Shown here in pieces: positions 31,401 through 42,450 of a stretch of DNA of 54,971 nucleotides. Source of the stretch: a virus (lineage: Duplodnaviria; Caudoviricetes). Under the pieces are notes generated by a model. That model saw only the letters and a list, made by a program, of their open reading frames with translations. It did no database searches and was not told the DNA's origin. Positions within the stretch are counted from its first letter, which is position 1. The number at the start of each line of letters is the position of its first letter. Made by a program: the position numbers and the translations under genes. The stretch is from IMG/VR virus record IMGVR_UViG_3300024999_000135, positions 1 through 54,971 of that record. One strand, written 5' to 3'.

Positions 31401-31550
31401 TATAATTTATTAAGTATGAGTAGTAGATGTTCAGGGACAGAACCTAGTTAATGACTGGTAGCCTATTGTAATTGAATAGGAAAATTTAAATAGAAATATT
31501 TAAATGTGTTCCGAACCTCGATTTCGTCATAAATATTCTAACAACATAAC
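31380..31550 (+). ncRNA. Putative omega/reRNA of TnpB (boundaries approximate)
   Basis: GC-richer structured tract after the stop: cctatt/aatagg stem and atttaaata-GAAA-tatttaaat hairpin. Confidence 0.5.
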
Positions 31551-31621
31551 TTCACAAAATAGGGTATAATAAAAACAAACATAACCATAAAAACAAAACT
31601 CAGAAAGAAGGTATTCCACAT

Positions 31622-32148
31622 ATGCAAAAATTAGAAATAGGTCAACCCTACACCCTATTCACCGGAAAATAACATGAAAAATCAAACTGGATGCCTCTTT
31701 GAATGTATAAAAGATGGTACACTACTTCTCAATATCTATATCAACAATATGACAGCATCAGAAAACAATCACTTAGATTTGATAAAATTGAAGTACGTAT
31801 CATAGAAGAAAATAATTTCCTCTACACATTACTTAAATTTGGTGAAACTCTCATGTTTGAATTAGATTTCGATCCTACCTTATATAAAGACGATAGAATT
31901 ATTAACATTATTAAAAGTAATCTTGTACATTTAATTAGTACAGAAAGTAATAATAATCTAATTCAAACTCTCCGTTTAGTAAACGTTCCATTAAAATTAT
32001 TCATAAAATGGCACACTATTTGGATTAATGCTAAAGATATTGATAACTATAGTAAAAAATATAAAAATTGGGTATTTGACTTGCAAATAGATATTCACCT
32101 ACTGAATTATGGGAATATGGAAAATATATTGGAAAGATGGGAGAATAA
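31622..32148 (+). pseudogene. Frameshifted hypothetical gene; ORF 31703..32359 is probably a chimera
   Basis: MQKLEIGQPYTLF..., then NQTGCLFECIKDGTLLLNIYINNMT in another frame, then back; a plausible true end YSPTELWEYGKYIGKMGE* is again out of frame. Confidence 0.55.
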
Positions 32149-32152
32149 AAAT

Positions 32153-32359
32153 ATGAATTACTCTATCAGTCTAAGTGAAGTAATCAATATAATTAAAGAA
32201 AATCAAATATTTAAGGCAAATTATGCAATAAATCAATATTGGTATATAACTAAACATGCTGGATTTATATGGTATTGTGATGAAAATGGTATAATTGATG
32301 AAGTTGTTCCTTTAACATATAGTAATATAAATGCAAAATATGAATTAATTAAAGAATAA
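32153..32359 (+). CDS. Small hypothetical protein
   Basis: GGGAG RBS before ATG at 32153. Confidence 0.55.
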   Translation: MNYSISLSEVINIIKENQIFKANYAINQYWYITKHAGFIWYCDENGIIDEVVPLTYSNINAKYELIKE

Positions 32360-32380
32360 AAATAAAAAGGAGAATATATT

Positions 32381-32566
32381 ATGGATGAATACAAACAATG
32401 TGCCGATTGTGGCAAACTTTTAAAATTATCAGAATTAAAACCTCATAATAAATACGAGCAATATAATGATGTGTTTTGCGATGAATGTTTAGAGCATTGT
32501 CCTGTATGCGGAGTATTATTTGCTGATTATACTGAATCAGGTAAATGTGATAGGTGTGCAGATTAA
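32381..32566 (+). CDS. Cys-rich small protein (four CxxC)
   Basis: RBS; CADC, CDEC, CPVC, CDRC. Confidence 0.7.
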   Translation: MDEYKQCADCGKLLKLSELKPHNKYEQYNDVFCDECLEHCPVCGVLFADYTESGKCDRCAD

Positions 32567-32631
32567 ACAAAAGGAGATATAATTTATGATTAATAATATA
32601 ACTATATTGAAATGGATGGAGATTAAAAATT

Positions 32632-32898
32632 ATGATAACTAAGAAACAATTTTGTGAAATTCAAATTAAAAAATTTTGTTACAAAAATAATACTACTAAA
32701 GATGTATTAGGTGATGGATGGATATATAATTCATCAACCTTGGCAGTATGTATGGAATATTTAAATATGTTAAAATCTGAAGAAGCAAAAGAATATGTTC
32801 AATCCAGAGATGGAATATTATATACGTATTGGGACGAAGATAAAACTAAAGTATGTGCTTTATCAGTTAGAGAATTTCTTGATTTGTTGCCTGATTAA
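32632..32898 (+). CDS. Hypothetical protein
   Basis: GGAG RBS. Confidence 0.65.
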   Translation: MITKKQFCEIQIKKFCYKNNTTKDVLGDGWIYNSSTLAVCMEYLNMLKSEEAKEYVQSRDGILYTYWDEDKTKVCALSVREFLDLLPD

Positions 32899-32927
32899 AA
32901 ATAATAATTAAAGGAGGTTAATTTACA

Positions 32928-33200
32928 TTGAATAACATCCTAACTAAACAAATAGATAATATAATAAATAATAAAAAATTAATTAAAGAGAAAATGACAG
33001 TTTTATTTAAAGAAGAATTAGAAGAAAATACAAAACTTAGTAATATAGAAGATACATTAAACATATCAATTTCAAATTGTAAAAAATGCTATGGTACTGG
33101 TGAAATTTCAGATAATAGTGGTTATGGTGGATGCTCAATATCATATTATACTTGTGAAAAATGCAATGGAAAAGGTTATATAATTACTGAGAAAATATAA
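32928..33200 (+). CDS. DnaJ-type CxxCxGxG zinc-finger protein
   Basis: CKKCYGTG and CEKCNGKG. Confidence 0.7.
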   Translation: MNNILTKQIDNIINNKKLIKEKMTVLFKEELEENTKLSNIEDTLNISISNCKKCYGTGEISDNSGYGGCSISYYTCEKCNGKGYIITEKI

Positions 33201-33219
33201 AAGAAAGAAGGTATAAATC

Positions 33220-33570
33220 ATACATAATACAGAAGAAGATAATATTGAAGAAAACAATGAAGATGATAATATAGAAAATATTACAGATTTCACAGAATCA
33301 CCTAATCAAAACAATTGTCCAAATTTAATCACTGAAATTATTAAAAAAGAATGGTATCCAGAAGGATTTGAAAAAATGTACATAGAGTTTCCAAGAAGTA
33401 CATGCAAAGATAAAACCGTGAAAGGGATTGTTGGTTGTTGTGGCAATATTAAACAGTGTGATAAGAAATTAAGTAAGGATAAGAAAGAAAAAGGCAAAGA
33501 TGAAAATAATAGTAAACTAGCCTTAGAAATTAAAAAAGTTAAGAAAAAACAAAAAAATAAAGGAGAATAA
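33220..33570 (+). CDS. Hypothetical protein with probable ATA start
   Basis: AAGAAGGT RBS before an ATA that is in frame with ORF 33376..33570. Confidence 0.55.
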   Translation: MHNTEEDNIEENNEDDNIENITDFTESPNQNNCPNLITEIIKKEWYPEGFEKMYIEFPRSTCKDKTVKGIVGCCGNIKQCDKKLSKDKKEKGKDENNSKLALEIKKVKKKQKNKGE

Positions 33571-33571
33571 T

Positions 33572-34274
33572 ATGAATAATTATCTACAAACAATAATTAA
33601 TAAATACACTGAATTTGATACATACTTAAAAGAAATCAATATAAATGAATTTAAACAATTCACAAGAGAAGAATTAACTCAATTTAAAAATGAATTACCC
33701 TCTTGTTTTTCATTTAGATATTTAACATCAGAAATCAATGATATTATAGAAGAAAAGAAACTACAAGAATATCCTGAATTATTAGGTGTGCATCATTATC
33801 CTGAAATTAAAGAATTAAACTGTATATCAGAAGAAGATAAGATTAAATTAGATAACTTCCTAGTAGAATGGAGACTTCATTCTTATCTACATAAATATAC
33901 TCATAAATTACGTGAAATGTCAAAAAATTGGTCAGACAAAATTATTAATGAGATATTAGAATTCTTAGTATCAAAAGAAATATTAAAGAAATATTATAAA
34001 TTTTATATATGCTGTGATTATATTATTATAGATGAAGAAAAAATAAATAAGTATCTTAGATCGTTTGAATTATCTAAGATTAAAGAATTGTCGGATGGTG
34101 AATGGGAAGAATATAATAAACTACAACAAGAATTAAATTATGTTTATGATTATTGCCCCCGAATGTGATAATGAAATTGAAATCACAGAAAAAATGATTA
34201 TGGATACAATTAATAATCCTGATTATTTGTATAAGATAATTAAGGAAAGAGATAAGAGTTATGATAAATTGTAG
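33572..34274 (+). CDS. Hypothetical protein; apparent frameshift in the C5 run near 34155
   Basis: Removing one C gives YCPECDNEIE... open to TAG at 34274. Confidence 0.6.
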
Positions 34275-34287
34275 AAAGGAGAATATA

Positions 34288-37016
34288 ATGTCATATAAAA
34301 AATGGGAAACAAAAATAACTTGTACAGAATACGTTGAAGCAGTTATTAATATAGATATATTAAATTTAAGAATAAAATATTTACTTGATAACTTAGAATG
34401 GTATGATCGTATTTATTTAAGCAATGAATTAAATTGTATTTTGTTAAAGTATGAAAATGAAATAGAAAATCAATAAAGGAGAATAAATACCAATGAAACT
34501 AACTTTCACAGTAGAATTATCTGATTATGATAATCCATCAACAATAGAAGATAAAATAGTAGAATCCGCAGCAAGACAAATGATTAACGAGGTAATGAAT
34601 AATAGGTATGAAAAATCAGGTAAAACTTTTAGAGAAAAATTAATAAATGAAGTAAAAATAATGATGTTAGATATTATGGATACAGACTTTAAAGAAGAAG
34701 TTAAAGATAGTTTAGTTGATGATTTAAATAAAAAATATATAAAAACAAAACAATATAAAGAAGTTAAAGAGCAATTTGATATTAAATCTGATACGGAGAT
34801 TAAGAATGGATTGAAAGTTATTGTATCTGAATTAGTTGGTAGTGAAATGAAAAAGAGATTCAAATAAAGGAGATATAATAGTATGTCTAATTTTAAACTT
34901 TTCAATGTTATTGATACAGATGAATCATTACAATATTTATATAATATTTCAATTGAAAGAGATACAGATAAATTTTTAATTAAAAAACTTACATTGGATG
35001 TACGTAATAATAATGATGCATTCTATATATTCTTAATTTATAAAATTGATAATAAAAGTATTATAGAAGTAGATGGAATTAAATATGAAGTTATTAGGTG
35101 TAATATAATTGATAAAAATATTTATGTTTATGTGTAAAGGAGTAATGATATTAAAGGAATTGGTAATAACATATAATTAATAAAATTCTCTCCGAAGGAT
35201 TATTATATACCATATATTATTGCTTCTCCACCAACTCCTCTAATAGAAATTATAACCTTAATTAATATAAAATATTCTGGGAATTAAAGGAGATAAAATC
35301 ATGAATAATAAATTAAATTTAACTTGGAAAGATGTATTTAATAGTCAAAAAATGTGGCCTATGAATTACAATCAATGTAGAGAATGGGCAGAAAGAACAG
35401 GATATAAGTATTTAGCATTTAATGGTGAAATATTTAGTGTAGATGATATAAATATGAAAAATATTATATGTTTAGATAATGAATTAGAAAGTAGATAATA
35501 TTTTTAAAGGAGAAATTTATGGAATATACATTGAAAGAACTAAATTATGATCTACAAATATTCATAGAAGAAAATAAACTATCAGATGAACAAAGAATTA
35601 AAATTATCGATATGGTAAATAATGCGTATAATTTAGGCTATAAAGCAGGAAGATTAGAGAGTAAAATATTGCTTGATATAAAAGATGAATAAAAAATCAA
35701 TTCCAAATAAAAATATGTCACAAATTTATCAAAGGAGAATAATTATGCCAATAATATATTTTCAAGATTATCCTGACGAACAAAGTTTAATTAAGGGATG
35801 GATTGATTCAGAAACAAAAGAAGGATTGGCAGAAATATTTAAGAAAACTACAACAATAGGAATAGATATTAACGAAAATGGTGCAATGAAAAATCCAAGC
35901 ACTAATAAACAATATGCGTATAAGTTTGCATCGGAAGCATTGGATAGATTAAAATAAATCTTTTATTTTATGAAGAAAGGAGTAATAATCAAGTGGTAAC
36001 TAAACAACAATATATTGATAGCATTTTTAATGAGAATCAAAAAAGAAAATATTGTACAGTTCCATATAAAGATTTAAATATAAGAAATGAATGTATTTGT
36101 GACTGTGGAAATGAAAAGTTTTATCGTCTAGTAGATGACTACATTGTTTGTTCAAAATGTTTTGCTGGTTATGGAGTAAATATTGATCAATGTTATTTAC
36201 AAGCAAGAAAATAATTAATTAAAATGTTTGGAGTAAAGGAGAATAATCATGAGAGAAAGATTATATGAAATTTTAAAAGAAAAAGATCAATATCTACAAG
36301 ATGATGAAGTAATAATACTTGTTAAAAATGGAGAAATGATCGCTGAATATAATAATGGTGAAGAATTGTGTGAAGTCAACGGTATTGTAAATAAAAGATT
36401 AGAATGGTTTTTAGATTGGCTATATGACGAAAATGAATATTAATTCCAATCTTTTATTTACTATGAGAAAGGAGAAAATATGAATATTATTTGCATACAC
36501 TACACAGAAGAACAAGTTGAATGTTTAATTAATGATGAAAAGTGTCATTGTGATTTAGGATTAAAATGTCCCAAAGAATTTCAATGTCCACAATATGAAA
36601 CAACAAAATAATAATTAATTTAAACTGTTTTATTTGTGATGAGAAAAGGAGTAGAAATTATGAATATCAAAATAATTCAAGAAGCAATAGAACAATTTAA
36701 AACTTCTAAAGAATTTGCTTTTGTTGATGAAAATATAAGAATGGAACAATTTTATGAATTAGCAATTAAAGTATTAGAAGAAAAATTAAAATTACTAAAT
36801 AATTGTAGTAGCAAAAATAATATTAATGTGACAGACGAAGAAATAGAATTTAATCAAGAAACGGAAGAACAAATTGAAATTTATACATGTTCTGATTGTG
36901 GTAAACAATTTCCGTCAATTTGTAATTCTGCACCATATAAAAATTTTGATTTATGTATAAATTGTTTAACAAATAATGAAAAGAAAAAATTACTATATAA
37001 TAGAGTTGACATATAA
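34288..37016 (+). other. Array of small hypothetical genes, each with an AGGAG RBS (e.g. 34493, 34883, 35301, 35745, 35993, 36249, 36480, 36660)
   Basis: ORF track plus RBS; dif-like cores at 35949-35976, 36440-36467 and 36615-36642 separate several of them. Confidence 0.65.
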
Positions 37017-37045
37017 AAAATTCAATATAAAAGAAAATTGCAAGT

Positions 37046-37113
37046 CTATAAACACTTGTAAAATAAGGGTTTGTGAATTTCAATATTATGATCAAATACA
37101 CGATTTATAATGA
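37046..37113. repeat. Composite element: palindrome plus dif-like core
   Basis: tataaacacttgtaaaataagggtttgtg, then ttatgatcaaa tacacg atttataatga. Confidence 0.65.
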
Positions 37114-37133
37114 AATTAAAATGAGGTATCTAT

Positions 37134-37442
37134 ATGACAGGTCAAGATAAATTAAATTTTAAAGAAAAATATCAAAATAATCCTGTTGCCTTTGTTGAAG
37201 ATTTTTTAAATGTTAAACTACAATCTTGGCAGAAATTATATTTAAAAACTATAATTGCAAAAGATAAAATTGTTTCATATTTCACTCCTTATAGGTATGG
37301 GAAAGCAATATTATATAAAGGACAATTAGAATACATGAAAGCAATGGAAATGGATTTTCAGATATGGAAAACAGATGGTATTGATGTTTATAAAAAAGGC
37401 GTATTAGTTAAAACAATTAAACATAAAATAATGGAGGAATAA
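37134..37442 (+). CDS. Small protein resembling the N-terminus of a terminase large subunit
   Basis: Y..NPVAFVEDFLNVKL..WQK.YL followed by a degenerate P-loop-like YRYGK. Confidence 0.5.
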   Translation: MTGQDKLNFKEKYQNNPVAFVEDFLNVKLQSWQKLYLKTIIAKDKIVSYFTPYRYGKAILYKGQLEYMKAMEMDFQIWKTDGIDVYKKGVLVKTIKHKIMEE

Positions 37443-37653
37443 TTAATATGTATTTTGTAAGTTATAATTGTGCTAATGAAGATTTATTTTTATGTAAATC
37501 CTATCCTGGAAATGCAATAATCTTTAAAAATATCGAAGATGCTAAAACTGCAATATTACAAAGTATTAATAAAGATGAATTCAAATTAAAACATAACTAT
37601 AAAATATTAAAAGTTATTTGCGAACAAAAATAAAATAAAGGAGAGATAATATT

Positions 37654-37857
37654 ATGTCAACAGAATTTGCTCCAACACTACAATTCGAATACAAAAACTG
37701 GTTAGGGAAAGTAAGTATAAGAAAAGTAGTACCTTATGATATTTGGTTTGGTAGTACAGAATTTCATCCAGAAGATCAATGGTTTTTACATGTGTTTGAC
37801 ATGGATAAGGGAGAAGAAAGAAATTTTGCTTTAAGGGATATTATTAAGTTTTTGTAG
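37654..37857 (+). CDS. Stand-alone WYL-domain-like protein
   Basis: FEYKN..G..SIRKV.P...W.L...D......RNF.L..I. Confidence 0.75.
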   Translation: MSTEFAPTLQFEYKNWLGKVSIRKVVPYDIWFGSTEFHPEDQWFLHVFDMDKGEERNFALRDIIKFL

Positions 37858-37870
37858 GAGGAAGTTTAAT

Positions 37871-39259
37871 ATGTTAAATAGTATAAAAAGGTATCAATTA
37901 AAATCTGATATTACTAAAGAAAAATTAATTGAAGTAGGATTTAAAAATAGTGATTGGCAAGAGAAATTTAAAAAACCAATGGTAAACTATTTTGCAAACC
38001 TTATAGATGACATAGAATTACACATAGAAATTAAAACAGATTTAATGGAATTTGATGATTTTGAAAATGTGTTAGTGTTAGATAGTAATTTTGGTCAACC
38101 TTATACTCCTTTCTATAATGCTAAAATTAGTTTTGAATTTTTAGATAAGGTAATTGAAAATTATAATATGCAGATGGATAAATTAGTGGATAAAGGTATA
38201 TTGGATTATAAAATTAATTAAAGGAGTAATAAATAATGAATATTCCATTAGAATGCGAAGGTTGCTTATGTTATAACTGTAAAAAGAAGAATATTTGTAA
38301 TATATGTATATATTGTTTAAATGCAGAGTATTATCCTATATATGATTGTAAAGAAGGAGATAAAATATAATATGAAAACAGGTAAAGAAATAATACTTGA
38401 CTATTGTGATAATATTAAAACAGGTGATATAGAACATCTTCAAGGATGTATAAATATTAGAGAATCATTGAGAAGAGATGAAAATGATAGAAATTATTTA
38501 ATAAGTCATTGTCCTAGTGCGTTTGGATTAGATGATTTTACTGGAGATTGTGAAATAGAAAATGTGGGAATAGATTCTAAAGAACAATTAAAACAGTGTA
38601 AAAAATGTTGGAATAGAGCGTTGAATCTGATTGAATAAAATGAAGGAGAAATAAATATGTATTGTTTAATATGCGAACCAACAGTTAAATTAACAGAACA
38701 AGAATTAGACGAAAATGAAGGTTTGTTCTACCAATATTATATATGCCCTGAATGTAATACAAGACATTATTGCACTTCACAATCAGGTGATATGATTCAA
38801 GAATATTTAAATTTGTGTGAATGTTAAAGGAGTAAATTATGGCAAATTGTAATATATGTTTAAACAAAAATAAAGCATGTCATATTTGTGGAATAGGTTA
38901 CTATTGGGTGATGTATTTAAAACCTAAAAATAAAAAGTGAGGTGATTATTATTAATTATTGTGCTGAATGTAATTCACCAACTAATTCTATATATTACGA
39001 TTATTCAATAGGTTTTCTATGTGGAAAATGTGTAAAAGAACATGGAGAGTATAAAATAGAAGAATTAAATAAAGATAAAGATAAAATAAATAAACAAATT
39101 CAAGAAATAAAAGAACAAATTACAATAGCAATTCAGTCTGATTGTAAACATGAAAATTCTTATGGCTTATGTTATGGATATTACAATTATGACAAACATA
39201 AATTTATAGAAAAATATGAATGTCCTAATTGTAAATTATTATTTTATAAAGAATGTTAA
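37871..39259 (+). other. Run of small hypothetical, often Cys-rich, genes (37871, 38351, 38657, 38839, about 38950)
   Basis: ORFs with RBS. Confidence 0.6.
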
Positions 39260-39299
39260 TATATAAAACAAAAACAAAAATAAAGTGAGGTGATATGTA

Positions 39300-39905
39300 A
39301 TACTTTTAAATGAAAACTATAATAAAAATGAGTCAAGAGAACATTACGAGCTTAAGCAAATTGCCAAATATATTCTATACTCAAAAGGTTACAATTGTAT
39401 AGCAACAGAAGTACAATTCCCTAAAAATTCTAATTATCTAAAAGATTATGAATGGTTTAATGGTAAAGCAGTAACTAAAAATATCATAGATGTAGTTGGT
39501 ATTAAAGGCAATCTATTAAATCTTAAAGAAAATAACGTAAATAAATATAAAGTTATGGGCATTGAAGCGAAAGCAAGTTATTCAGATTTTCTAAATGGTT
39601 TTTGTACTCAATGTGAATACACATACATAATTGCACCTGTTGGGATTATACCCGTTGATAAATTACCTAAAGGTATAGGATTAATTACTGTCGATCTTTC
39701 AAACTATAAAATAAGGTTAAAAAATAAATTTGAATTAATTAAAGGTATTACTACAATTAAACAATGCTCTAGCAGGAGAAAAGAGATATATAAACGCAAT
39801 GATATTTATCTCATAGATACCTTCAATATTTTAAGAAAAATTGCATATCGTAATACTGTTAACGATTTATTTAAGAAAAATGAGATTGAAATTCAAGGAT
39901 TGTAA
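39300..39905 (+). CDS. MmcB-like PD-(D/E)XK nuclease-fold protein with probable ATA start
   Basis: Frame open 255 nt upstream of the ATG at 39555: IATEV...IDVVG...GIEAKASYSDF; GAGGTG RBS before ATA at 39300. Confidence 0.65.
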   Translation: MLLNENYNKNESREHYELKQIAKYILYSKGYNCIATEVQFPKNSNYLKDYEWFNGKAVTKNIIDVVGIKGNLLNLKENNVNKYKVMGIEAKASYSDFLNGFCTQCEYTYIIAPVGIIPVDKLPKGIGLITVDLSNYKIRLKNKFELIKGITTIKQCSSRRKEIYKRNDIYLIDTFNILRKIAYRNTVNDLFKKNEIEIQGL

Positions 39906-40057
39906 AGGAGGATACAAATTATGCCAGAAGATTGTCCTTATTATTCAAATTTTAAATGCCCATATGTGGGTATGTATTTCTGCATTTCGCCTTGTTGTGA
40001 TTGTTTTTATGGCGAAATTAATTAAAAATAAAATATAATAAAGGAGAGTAAATTAAC

Positions 40058-40360
40058 ATGAATACAATTATAATCAACGGAACAAAAATACAAACTAGTG
40101 GTAAAAGTATTTCAGTAGATGGTAATCTCATAGTAGATAATTTAAAAGGTACTGTAGATATTAAATTTGAAGGGGATTTAGCAAGTTTAAAATGTCAAGG
40201 TAGTGCAATTATTTATGGTAATATTAAAGGAAATGTTGATGTTGGAAGTTCTTTAAATTGTAAAGATATAATAGGGAATGTGGATGCTGGTGGATCTATA
40301 AAATGTGGAAGTGTTAGCGGTGATATTGATGCAGGTGGAAGTGTTAGTATAAAAAGATAA
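40058..40360 (+). CDS. Gly-rich beta-solenoid-like protein
   Basis: Repeated GNVD(A/V)G(G/S)S units. Confidence 0.6.
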   Translation: MNTIIINGTKIQTSGKSISVDGNLIVDNLKGTVDIKFEGDLASLKCQGSAIIYGNIKGNVDVGSSLNCKDIIGNVDAGGSIKCGSVSGDIDAGGSVSIKR

Positions 40361-40377
40361 GAAAGGAGAATAATCTG

Positions 40378-40605
40378 ATGTTCACAATTAATACAGATAA
40401 TACACTTTTAGGAGAAATTAAATGCTCTTGTGGTTCTAATGAAATCGAAATTATTTATCACAAAACTGGTGTATGTATAATGTGTAAATCATGTAATAAT
40501 CAAACAACATTACATAATAAAGAATATGCATTTGAATATTATAGACAAGAAAATAATACAAAAATTAATTATCATTGTGGTTGTATGGAAGATATTTATA
40601 ATTAA
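40378..40605 (+). CDS. Small zinc-ribbon protein
   Basis: CSCG and CKSC; RBS. Confidence 0.6.
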   Translation: MFTINTDNTLLGEIKCSCGSNEIEIIYHKTGVCIMCKSCNNQTTLHNKEYAFEYYRQENNTKINYHCGCMEDIYN

Positions 40606-40618
40606 TTCATAAATATAC

Positions 40619-40647
40619 TTGACAAGTAAGTTACAAAATGTTAAAAT
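40619..40647 (+). promoter_or_regulatory. SigA-type promoter, nearly identical to the one at 6759
   Basis: TTGACAagtaagttacaaaatgtTAAAAT. Confidence 0.8.
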
Positions 40648-40687
40648 AAATATAAATTAAGAAGTATTAAATAAAGGAGGTGATATT

Positions 40688-40858
40688 TTGTGTAATTTAA
40701 CTTTGTGTAGAAATGATGATTGCAAGAAAGCACAGAATTGTCTTAGGTTTCTGGCAAGACCAGATAAATATCAAAAATATATGAATGAAAATGATGATTG
40801 TGACGAGGATAATGGTTATGAATATTTTATGGAAGTAAAAATGTTGAATAAATGTTAG
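40688..40858 (+). CDS. 56-aa Cys-rich protein, paralog of the next gene
   Basis: AGGAGGTG RBS, TTG start; LC.N..C.....C.RFLA.PD. Confidence 0.7.
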   Translation: MCNLTLCRNDDCKKAQNCLRFLARPDKYQKYMNENDDCDEDNGYEYFMEVKMLNKC

Positions 40859-40893
40859 AATAATAAAATAAATATATGAAAGGTGGTGATAAT

Positions 40894-41094
40894 TTGCCTA
40901 ATGTTGCACTTTGTCTAAATAGTAGTTGTGTAAAAATTAATGATTGTTATAGGTATTTAGCAAAACCTGATGTTGAACAACTTTATAATATGAGAATGGA
41001 GATAATTTGTAATAAAAGTAATGATTATGGAGAGTTTATCAAGGTGAAGAAAGGAGATAAACTGAATAAAAGTTTGGGTAAGGTTAAAAGTTAA
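40894..41094 (+). CDS. Cys-rich protein, paralog of 40688
   Basis: AGGTGGTG RBS, TTG start; LC.N..C.....C.RYLA.PD. Confidence 0.7.
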   Translation: MPNVALCLNSSCVKINDCYRYLAKPDVEQLYNMRMEIICNKSNDYGEFIKVKKGDKLNKSLGKVKS

Positions 41095-41125
41095 AAATAT
41101 TTAAAAAATTAAAAATAGTATAGCC

Positions 41126-41192
41126 AACAAACCATTGATTTTATTGGGTTTGTAAAACTGAAAATCATGATAAAAGGAGGATTGATTATTAA
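41126..41192. repeat. Composite element: palindrome plus dif-like core whose spacer is the tnpB RBS
   Basis: acaaaccattgattttattgggtttgt, then tcatgataaaa ggagga ttgattattaa. Confidence 0.65.
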
Positions 41193-42405
41193 AGTAAATA
41201 GAGTGGAAAAACATAGAATAAGAAATAAAAGTCCTGCATGGGAAATAATAGATGGTTTAAGTTTTAAATCAAAAAACTTATATAATTATGCTAATTATTA
41301 TGTAAGACAGGAATTTATAAATAATAAAAAATATATAGGCTATTATGATTTAAAAAAGATTTTAAAAACTCATAAACCTTATAAAGAATATGGTTCACAA
41401 ACTGCACAACAAACATTAGTAGTATTAAATCAAAATTGGCAATCATTTTTTGTAGCAATTAAAGATTGGAGTAATAATCCCACCAAATATTTAGGTAGAC
41501 CTAAATTGCCAAAATATAAAGATAAAGAAAAGGGTAGATTCCCAGTAATTATAACTAATATTCAATTTACAATTTTAGATGGATATATTAGATTTAGTTG
41601 GACACCATTAAAATCTCTTAATAAAATGTTTAAAACAAATATTAAACATAAACTGATGCAGATTAGATTCATTCCCAAGGGTGCTGATTATATTTTAGAA
41701 ATAGTCTATGAAATAAACATACCTGAAATAAATCAATATAACCAAAGAATTGCAGGGATTGATATAGGTGTTAATAATCTTGCAACAGTATCTAATAATA
41801 TAGGAGTGATGCCTTTTATAATTAATGGTAAACCACTTAAATCTATAAATCAATATTACAATAAAAAGAAAGCACAGATGCAATCAGATTTAAAGAAAAA
41901 TCATAATAAGAATTGGAGTAAGAGATTAGAAAAACTAACTTCAAAACGTACTAATAAAATTATTGATTATATGCATAAAACAAGTAAATACATAGTGAAT
42001 TGGTGTATTGAAAATAACATTGATTTATTAGTAGTAGGTTATAATAAGAAATGGAAACAAAGTAGTAAATTATCTGAAAGAGTAAATCAAAATTTTGTAC
42101 AAATACCTTATCAGATGTTTATTAATCAATTAAAATACAAATGTCAGAATATAGGAATAGAATTTGTTATATCTGAAGAAAGTTATACTTCTGGAACATC
42201 TTTTTTAGATAATGAGAAACCAATAAAGGAATATTATAATAAAAATAGACGTAAATATCGTGGTTTATTTATTAGCAATAAAAATATTAAAATTAATGCA
42301 GACTTAAATGGAGCATACCAAATTATTAAGAAAGTAGCACCAAATGTTTTTAACAATGGTGTAGAGGATGTATGTTTACATCCAGTTAGGGTTAATATAA
42401 TCTAA
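41167..42405 (+). mobile_element. tnpB: Second solo TnpB (true start probably at 41182-41188)
   Basis: KNLYNYANY, PKLPKYK, GIDIG, VVGYN, EESYTS, NADLNGAYQI. Confidence 0.92.
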
Positions 42406-42450
42406 TAAATTAAACTGAAAAGTTTAAATAAATGGAGGGTTTTATTCAAA

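Noticed and set aside
31703-32359. Single 218-aa gene
   Set aside because: Better explained as a frameshifted gene fused in frame to a separate gene starting at 32153
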